This document shows positions 54,973-64,000 of a stretch of 64,000 nt of DNA, piece after piece; the stretch's first letter is position 1; every line of letters starts with the position of its first letter. Location of the stretch: assembly GCA_951406725.2 (NCBI GenBank), contig OX597821.1:2914001-2978000 (forward strand). Reading direction: 5' to 3'. The translations under genes and the position numbers were made by a program. The notes beneath the pieces are model-generated. The model was not told the origin of the DNA, did not search any database, and saw only the letters and a list, made by a program, of their open reading frames with translations. The stretch is from Octopus vulgaris (lineage: Eukaryota).

Positions 54973-55028
<56 letters not shown>

Positions 55029-55080
55029 GATAGAATGAGAGAGAGAGAGAGAGAGAGATGTTATACACACACACATACAT

Positions 55081-55111
<31 letters not shown>

Positions 55112-55830
55112 TTCGATTGTGTATGCTATTGTAAATTATTAAGATTACTAACGATGTAGGCGAATGTAATTTGATGCAGGTTACATATATATTTTTCTCC
55201 TCCATTCCGGTTCGATATTTTCGTGGTATATTCTAGATTATCTCTTTCGTATTTGCGCTTTGAAAAGATATAAATCCAATGATGGTTTCTAACGAACGCA
55301 AACCCTCATTTTCTCACACAGGTTCACTGCTCATTATGTAAGCCGTTATATTCCAGATGTCACTTAAATTTTAGCTAGATAAACATTCATTTTCATATTT
55401 AAATTATGCATGATCCTTAGAAGCAGTTATTGGAGGTAATAAACTGTTCGTTACGGATTCAACATCGTAAAGCAATATGGTCGTTATTTTCACTAACATA
55501 TGCTAACGAAATAGAATGCAATATCTCCATTTCTGAATTCCTTATTTTGGTTATTGAAACTCTAAATCCTTTCAGAATCATAGGATGGTTGATATTTCAG
55601 GGCTATATTCTTCCAAAAAAAAAAATCCAATTTATTTGCTTGGTATTCGGATTCGTAATCGAGTCGAAGATCCATTTAACACTGCTATAAATTATCTTGT
55701 AATCTCCAGCATTCATGAGTGTACATTCTATAATTTAGACAGGAAATTATGTTCGAGTTCACGACAGCTTTCATTAATCAAATCTAGCCTTAAACTAATA
55801 TATGTATACATACACACACATGCACACACA

Positions 55831-55872
<42 letters not shown>

Positions 55873-56712
55873 AATAGTCGACCAATTATTTAGCGTCAAC
55901 GTTTATTTTATTTATATAGAAAATAAGACAAACATACAGTAAAAAAAAATATGAAAAGCAAAAACAGACCTACTTAAGTAAACATGAGATAACAATGCCA
56001 TTATCCGAATGTTAATATTGAGAGACATATGGCTGTTGTAATAAACGACCCAATCTGATGTATCTAGGCTAGAGAATTTTGTTTGATGTAGATTCAGCAT
56101 TTATTTGAAACAGCAGTCATTTACATTAGAAAAAAGTCAATATTCAGAGTTTGTGTACGTGAACAGAAGCAATTAAATGTTGTATTTAAATGCTGTACTA
56201 GATAACCTAGGAATTCCTTCAAAAGATATATAAAGCCTCTTAAATTATTTATTTCATACTAAAGTCATGTATTCAAATCAAAATAAGTCATAGAATTTAA
56301 ATGTGTAGTAACATTTAAAGAATCATATATGGGAAAATGTACAATTAAATATTCAGTGGTATTTATAAGATAAACGGAGACAATGAAATGCGGTTTCAAA
56401 CTCTAGTTCATATTGATGCACTGTACTTAAGCGTCTGTTGCTATCTGAATAGTTAAAAAGCCTAACATCTCGTATCTTGAAAATATATTCCTTTCTGCTC
56501 TACTGTTAAAGCAAAACGGTAAAAACTTTTAGCGTAAATCATAAAGTTGAAATCTCAGATAATTTACGTTATCGATTGAAAAGAGTATCTTTTAGTTTTG
56601 ATGGAAAATACGATATCAAATAAAATAGAGTATATTTTTGTAGTAAGGCGTATTTAAATGTAATTATATATGGTGCATCCTTTTGAACTTATTTATGTAA
56701 AGTGAATTCAAG

Positions 56713-56752
<40 letters not shown>

Positions 56753-58284
56753 TAGATAGATACATAGCGTGTGTGTGAGAGAGAGAGAGAGAGAAAGAGA
56801 GACAGATATAGAGATCAGGACATCAGAAGAAAGTATGCAGAAGATTAAATTGTGAGTTCTTTTATGATGAACTGACAAATATATTTATACTACGTATTTT
56901 TCACTTATGCTAATTCTATGGTTTTGGACGTTGTAATAATTCTTGTCTAATTTATGTATGTTTATTGACACCAATGACTTGCGAATAGCAACATATGTGC
57001 ATACGAAAATATTGCTCTTTTTATTTTCTTTCTGCGTGTTTCAAAATCTGTAAAATATGCAGTATTTTCCTACAATAGATTATTCCTTTTAACTTTCCAG
57101 CAATTAGACTACTTTGGATTGCTTAAACAGTGATAGATGTTTTCTTTTTCCATGAATTAACGTGAGGGAATTTGGTGAGGCCAATATTTAATAATTTCAA
57201 GAGTTTAACATCACTTTGCTTTTCTGAGAAACTATCTGTTCAGCATTCACCACTCTTCAGGTAACTGGCCGTATGTAGATGTATCTAAAGCACTAATCAA
57301 ATATTTTAAAAGGAAAAAAACGGCTGACAGATATTTTAAAAGGGGAAAAACGTATTTTGATCTATTAACAGATTATTTTTGCTGGTTAAGACTAAACATA
57401 ATGTTGAGAGATTTATCTCGATGTCCAGCATTACTGTAGTATCGCCTGTGTAATTGCGGATATGATTCAGGTGTAACTAAGTGCAAATAAATTTTGCGGC
57501 CGACATCTTGGATTTATTCATACATCATTTAAATTTTTAGGCATAAACATATAAATTTAGGCAATACATATAGTATAAACTAAGCACCCACAGTTTCTGT
57601 TGTATGACCGTGTTTGTCATTTAGCATAGGATCAAATGTTGTATTTTCCCAAAGGTTATGGAAAATCAATGTAGTAATCATTTCCATATGCAATTAACAT
57701 ACAATTTATAATTTCATCATTGGATAAACTGATCCACGTGTCTTCGTGGAGTAAATCGTACCTTCCTTTACAGAAACGTGTTGGCCACAATGAATAAGTA
57801 GTCAGCATTCTTGTTTTCACGATTGGAATATTCTGTAAATAATACATATTTGCCAGCTCAATACCTCACGGTTTGAACATTACACTTCCTCTAACGCCGT
57901 TCACTTTTATTAGAATTTCTACTGTGCCTAAATAACTCTACTAGGATATATTCATGGAAATTTCATACTAACTGCAACTGCAGGGTTTTTATATATTGGT
58001 AAGAAACCCATCTTGTAATACATAAGTCACGTTCATCGAAACAGAACATATTGCTTCAGTTAGAAAAGTTTGATTTAGCTTGCTGTGAGAATTGTTTGCC
58101 TGAAAGAATATAGCTAAATATTCTACACGCTATTCTCTCCTAGGCACTGAAAAGATATTCGTAAATGTTGGTATATTTTCAACATCTACCGATTTTACTT
58201 GTATCGTAATGCTGACTGAATCCCATCCCTCATCGATATGAACATAAATGCTTTCATACTGTAGGAGAGTTAGAGAAAGTAAAG

Positions 58285-58803
58285 TATTAGGTTGTCCGGA
58301 AAGTTCGTGCCGATTTATAGTAGCTTAACTTTCGGCTTATTTTAGAACATGGTTGAGTCCATAAAATGGACCTCCATTTAAAGCACAGTTTAAGCTGTCT
58401 TTTTGTGGAAGAAGGTTAAAGTTCCTATAACTTGTGTAACACTTTAAAAGGGAAGATAAGCAAGTTCATTTTCGGCACTTGATGTTTTGGGAACCAGACA
58501 AAAATTGCTGCAGCTCCGCTGGGATGTGTTACCCCACCCTCCATATTCACTAGATATTGCTCCTTCGTATTTCCACTTATGCAGGTCTCTGCAGAATAGT
58601 TATAATGGTAAAAATTTCAATTCCTTGGATGACATAAAAAGATTCCTTGATGAATTCTTTGCCATGAAACCACCTCACTTCTGGGAAGAGGGTATTTTGA
58701 AGTTAAAGGAAAAATGGAGACGGATTGTGCAACAAAATGGTTCCTATTTGGTTAATTAAAAATGTAATGGCGAGTATTTATTGACCATGTTCTTCCCTTT
58801 AAA
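58285..58803 (+). mobile_element. Internally deleted mariner (DD34D) element, copy 2, right TIR missing
   Basis: Left TIR tattaggttgtccggaaagttcgtgccgatt; WDVLPHPPYSLDIAPSYFHL; colinear with 5533-6060. Confidence 0.9.
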
Positions 58804-59348
58804 ACCTGCTCTGAGTGTCAAGAGCAGTACATAGGCCAAACGAAAAATAGTTTGCGTAAAAGAATGGCCCTCCACAGATCCCAGAAAAAAACTTCACAAA
58901 ACAGAAAAATAACATTCAGCCAACACATAGATACTTGCGCCAACAACAAAACACCAAACTTCAGGATTTTCCCCCTCTACCGATTCAGGGACGATACAAC
59001 CTCGAGCCAACGAATAAGTAAAGAAACTCTCTTTATTACAAAATATATGCCCCTTCTGAATGGGTCTACGACAAACGATATATATACCTCGGCTTTAGAA
59101 TAACACAAATACACACGCAAATATTACATTCCAAAGAATCCATTACAAATCAGCCCCAATCACAGCTATTACCCATAACGTGCCAACTTCAAGTCATACA
59201 ACACCTCACTACATCCACTCATTCATATTCTCCCTCCTCTTTCTTCTTCTTCTTCTTCTGCTTCTTCCCCTTAACATCAACATCATTATCATCATAATCA
59301 TCATCATCATCTTCTTCTTCTTCTTCTCCTTCAGCATCATCAACATCG

Positions 59349-59392
<44 letters not shown>

Positions 59393-59885
59393 TTCTTCTT
59401 CTTCTGCTTCTTCTTCTCCCCTTCTACTTCTTAACTTTATCACTAATGCTTTTTAGTATAACACCTACGCAAATTCTATAGACAAAGCTTTCAATAGAAA
59501 TACTCTCATGAACTGCTAGCCGCCACTGACCATTCAAAATACAACAATCAAGGCACTCCCAAAATTTCACCCCTTTCTCCTCATCATCCTTCTTCATCTT
59601 CCCTAGCAAGAATTCACAACGACCTCGAACCCACAAGTGTGAACAAGAGAGACAGAGCAAGGCAGAAATAAGGAAAATGCCACTTATATTTGAACACTAT
59701 ACAAATATTCCTTTAAAAAAACATTTCTTTTAATTTTTCTAAGTTTAATTATTTAATCGTTACAGTTGAAAAAGTCTCAAAATGACTGAAACCGGTACTG
59801 AAATGTTCTTTATAAAACTATTTTAGCATTTTCTATTTTGACTTATTTTTTCATATATATCAACTCGTGTGTTCCTTTTCATCCT

Positions 59886-59888
<3 letters not shown>
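58804..59888 (+). mobile_element. PLE 3' end: GIY-YIG C-terminal coding remnant, simple-repeat UTR and hammerhead
   Basis: TCSECQEQYIGQTKNSLRKRMALHRSQ..FSQHIDTC..RISKETLFITKYMPLLN; (TCA/TTC)n tract at 59235-59420; hammerhead at 59763-59800; ends at (TA)n. Confidence 0.85.
59763..59800 (+). ncRNA. Minimal type-I hammerhead-like motif (UUGAAAA core)
   Basis: cag-TTGAAAA-AGTC tcaaaat GACT-GAAA-CCGGT-A-ctg; palindromic ACCGGT stem III; U3-A8 replaces C3-G8. Confidence 0.7.
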
Positions 59889-59917
<29 letters not shown>

Positions 59918-59918
<1 letters not shown>

Positions 59919-60332
59919 TCTTTTTACTCTTTTCCTTGTTTCAGTCATTTGACTGCGGCCAAGCTGGAGCACCACCTTTAGTCGAGCAAATCGACACCAG
60001 GACTTAATGTTTGGAAGCCTAAAACTTACTCTATCGGTCTCGTCTGCCGAACGACTAAGTTACTGGGACATAAACACACCACAATCGACTGTCAAGCGAT
60101 ATTGGGTGACAAACGCAGACACAAAAACATACACACACACACACATATATATATATATCAACATATATGTGACGGGATTCTCTCAGTTTCCGTCCACCAA
60201 ATCCACTCACAAGGCTTTGGTTGGCCCGATGCTATAGTAGAAGACTCTTCCCCGAGATTCCACGCAGTGGCAATGAACCCGGAACAATGTGGTTGGTAAG
60301 CAAGCTAGGTACAACACAGCCACTCCTGCGCC
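59918..60332 (-). mobile_element. tRNA-derived SINE (family of 12903)
   Basis: Reverse-complement head ggcgcaggagtggctgtgttgt..; tail ggtggtgctccagcttggccgcagtcaaatgactgaaacaagg. Confidence 0.85.
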
Positions 60333-60335
60333 TTA

Positions 60336-60406
<71 letters not shown>

Positions 60407-61095
60407 AGAGAGATAAAAAGAGACAGAAAGAGACTCAGAGACGAAAGAGTGTGAGTAGAGATTGAGGCAAAGTAATAGTGATATAGAGGGACAGACGAAA
60501 GATAGAAATAGATGAAAAAAGGTAGAAAGAGAGAGAGAGAGAGACAGAGATAGAGACAGAGAAAGAGAGAGAGGAGAGAAAGAGATGGGAACCGCTCCAT
60601 AATTACTCTCCTCTACACATATCCGGTCCACAATTCATTTCGTTTGCCTGCAGTGTACGTTTCCTGTATATTTTTTAACTCCCTTATATCTATATATCGT
60701 TTTCGTTCAAATAATTCACATGGCAGGTCATAGAACTGACCAGTTCAGTGGACATCCAATTAGACTTTTACACGAAGGGTGGATTCTATATTTTCTACAG
60801 ATAAGGGGCGTTGCACACCAAAGAAAATGAAATACAAAAAGAAATAATAGAAAAGGAAAATAACATGGGCGATGAATTATACATATATACATACACACAC
60901 ACACATATATATATATATCTACATACATATAGATACACATATACATATCTATATATACATATATATAAGTATATACGCATATATATGTACATGCATTGTT
61001 ATATGTATGCAAATATGTATGGATTTATATGTATTATATATATATATATATATATACCTACATGAATATATATATATATAATGCATACATACACA

Positions 61096-61155
<60 letters not shown>

Positions 61156-62308
61156 CATATACATATATGCATATATACATACATATATATATACATACAT
61201 ATACATATATGCATATATACATACATATATATACACATATATATATATATAAGTGACTGGTGGATAGAGAAAGCAATGTGATCATAGAAGAAAATAGCCA
61301 TTCGTACATTCTTTATCGTATTAGTTACTCCCTTTCATCTTTCGGTTCAGTATTTCCTTGTATTTATTAAATCATTCTATATGTGAGAGTTACGTGTCTG
61401 CAAGATTGCCTTGAAGGCGTTGTGTTTATTCAAGCAAAGGGGAGAATACTTGAAGAGAACTCAGTAACTAAATATAAATACGAATACAAAAAAGGGGCCA
61501 TATTATATGGGAGTGTGAGATCAAAGAAGGAAAAAACTTCAAATGATGCTAGAAATAATAATAGTAAAATGGATTGCTTCTATAAAAGTTTAACGTGCAA
61601 AACATGGATCGGATTGCGGCTACAATGCATATTCTTCAATCTGGAACAAATATAGTTATCAGAAACATCGCTTTGTCCTCAGGTATATTAACATACCTGT
61701 ATATGTTTGACTGAATTTATCTACGTATCTCAGTGCCTAACTCTTAATTTGAGATAAATATACGCATATGTATGTTTGTATGTACACCCGTAGGTAGGTA
61801 TGTAGGAAGTCCGTTTGTATGTTCTTACGTGTGCATAGAAATGCACATTTCTATACGTATGTAGGCACTTATGTATGTGTGTGTATGTGTGTATTTGTGT
61901 GTGTGTGTGTGTGCTTGTGTCTGGGCGTATTGTACTTTCGTGTTCCCCAAAGTTCCACAATTATGATTACACGTTAAGTCCCGGATTTTGCATATCAAAA
62001 ATTAGCATCTTTGTATCAGATATTCCTTCCACATACCTTCCTTGCCAAATCAAATAATATTTTCTAGTTTTCTACCATTTCCATATAGACAGTGATATAA
62101 TTTGAAAATGAATTAAACACAGTGAGGCCAATATTAAGTTTTCGCCTGAGAAGATATTTCCAAATGCATTTTGTGTTATATTTGTATTTCAAAAGGTCGA
62201 TTTTTCTGTCTATGTTTCTTATAGGCGCTTCTCAACAGACATAAACATTTACTGATATGTTATAACAGCTGTGACTAAATTCTTTCAGTAGTAGTTAATT
62301 TGTATTTT

Positions 62309-62575
62309 GTGGAGGCGCGTGGCTTAGTGGTTAGGGTGTCACCATCACGATCTTAACATTGTGGTTTCGACTCCTGCACCGGGCGATGCGTTGTGTTCTT
62401 GAGCAAAACACTTCATTTCACGTTGCTCCAGTCCACTCAGCTGGCAAAAATGAGTAACGCTGCGATGGACTGGCGTCCCGTCCAGCTGAGGAACACGTAC
62501 GCCATAGAAACCGGCAAACCGGGCCCATGAGCCTGGCTAGGCTTTAAAAGGGTACATTCGTTTTATTTTATTTAA
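62309..62575 (+). mobile_element. tRNA-derived SINE with CORE-like domain
   Basis: gtggaggcgcgtggcttagtggttagg..ggtttcgactcc; tgtgttcttgagcaaaacacttcatttcacgttgctccagtccactcagctggcaaaaatgagta; tttta tail. Confidence 0.85.
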
Positions 62576-62654
62576 AATTTATATTTATTCATATGCATGT
62601 TCACTACTACTGTCTGTATTGGCATAAGAAATACTCAAGGGATATGATACAGTA

Positions 62655-62956
62655 AAGGCGAGCGGTTTAGTGATTAGTGTTCATCTGTTCACTTTCCAGT
62701 GATGTACTGTGTCCTTCAGCAAGAAACTTTACTTCACATTGTTCCACTCCATTTAGATGGGCAAAATGAGTAGTACCGGTATTTCAAAGGGCCAGCCATG
62801 TCACGTCACACTCCCTGTCACACTAAATCTCCCTGAGAACTACGTTAGGGGTGCACGTGTCTGTGGAGTACTCAGCCAGTTGCACGTTAACTGCACAAGC
62901 AGGCGGTTCGGCTGATTGCATCAACTGGAGCACTCGTCATCATAACCGACGGAGTG
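62655..62956 (+). mobile_element. Decayed SINE: CORE-like domain plus the 3' half shared with the 34467 SINE
   Basis: tgtgtccttcagcaagaaactttacttcac.., then gtatttcaaagggcc..gagaactacgttagggg..taaccgacggagtg, matching 34670-34846. Confidence 0.75.
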
Positions 62957-63059
62957 ACACGTCTTACATACGATACAAGTAAAATGAAAGACTTAAACTT
63001 TACCTATATACATACATATGTGTGTGTTTTTGTGTATGAAAATCCACATGTTTATATAA

Positions 63060-63428
<369 letters not shown>

Positions 63429-64000
63429 AATCCTTAAATCCTTAAAAATGTTTTAGACCGAAGGCCGCGGCCATGCTGGGTCACCACCGCTGAATGAGCT
63501 ACACTAGTTTGTGAATCCACCTCTGATACGTGGCACTTGATCAACAAGGGAGTTCGATGCTGCTGCCCGCATCCGTGTCTCCTGTCGTAAGGTAGGTTCA
63601 TCTGTGACTCCCAACAAGAAGAGATCCAGTTTAGTTTTAAAGAAACCCACATCCACACCATGTAAGTCTCTCAGGCATTTAGGGAGGACGTTAAAGAGCT
63701 GTGGTCCTCTGAAACCCAAGCTGTTGCAGTATCTGGACATGTATTTTGATGGTGATGTTGGAATCCTTGGCACCACGCAGCGGCGCCCGTTCTGCGGTTG
63801 CAGTAACTTTGAATGCCAAAGTTTGGGACAAGACCCTCCAGGATTTTCCAGATGTATATCACTGCATATCTCTCACGCCTCCGCTCCAGGGAGAAGAGGT
63901 TTAATACCTTCAGTCTTTCCCAGTAGCTGACATTTTGCATTGAGACGATTTTCTTTGTGTAGCTTCTCTGAGTTGCTTCGAGTTCTGCTGTTTGTTTTAT
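63429..64000 (-). mobile_element. CR1-group LINE 3' end (family A), continuing past the window edge
   Basis: SYWERLKVLNLFSLERRRERYAVIYIWKILEGLVPNFG, RGPQLFNVLPKCLRDL, AAASNSL; tail (tttaagga)n running into (TA)n. Confidence 0.92.

Overview
AT-rich, microsatellite-dense eukaryotic (animal) DNA with no recognisable host protein-coding exon. The repeat families resemble those of octopus/coleoid cephalopod genomes; this is inferred from recognition, not a database search. The window is a mosaic of decayed mobile elements, most of them embedded in (TA)n tracts: one large Penelope-like element (PLE; RT plus GIY-YIG) and several PLE 3' ends; four CR1-group LINE pieces and one RTE piece; Tc1, mariner and DD41D-type DNA transposon relics; a pogo-like MITE; and several tRNA-derived SINE families. 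Most ORFs in the track are microsatellite artefacts. The main signal not shown by the ORF track is a set of about 12 minimal type-I hammerhead-ribozyme motifs (some degenerate) from about 7 sequence families. They have self-complementary stem III and non-canonical cores (UUGANAA with U3-A8 covariation, CCGANGA, CUGUNGA plus an extra A). One lies in an apparently identical, 493-nt-period tandem non-coding unit with an inverted terminal copy (37650-38694), a retrozyme-like candidate for self-cleaving or circular RNA production. All folds were done by eye and no activity is shown.
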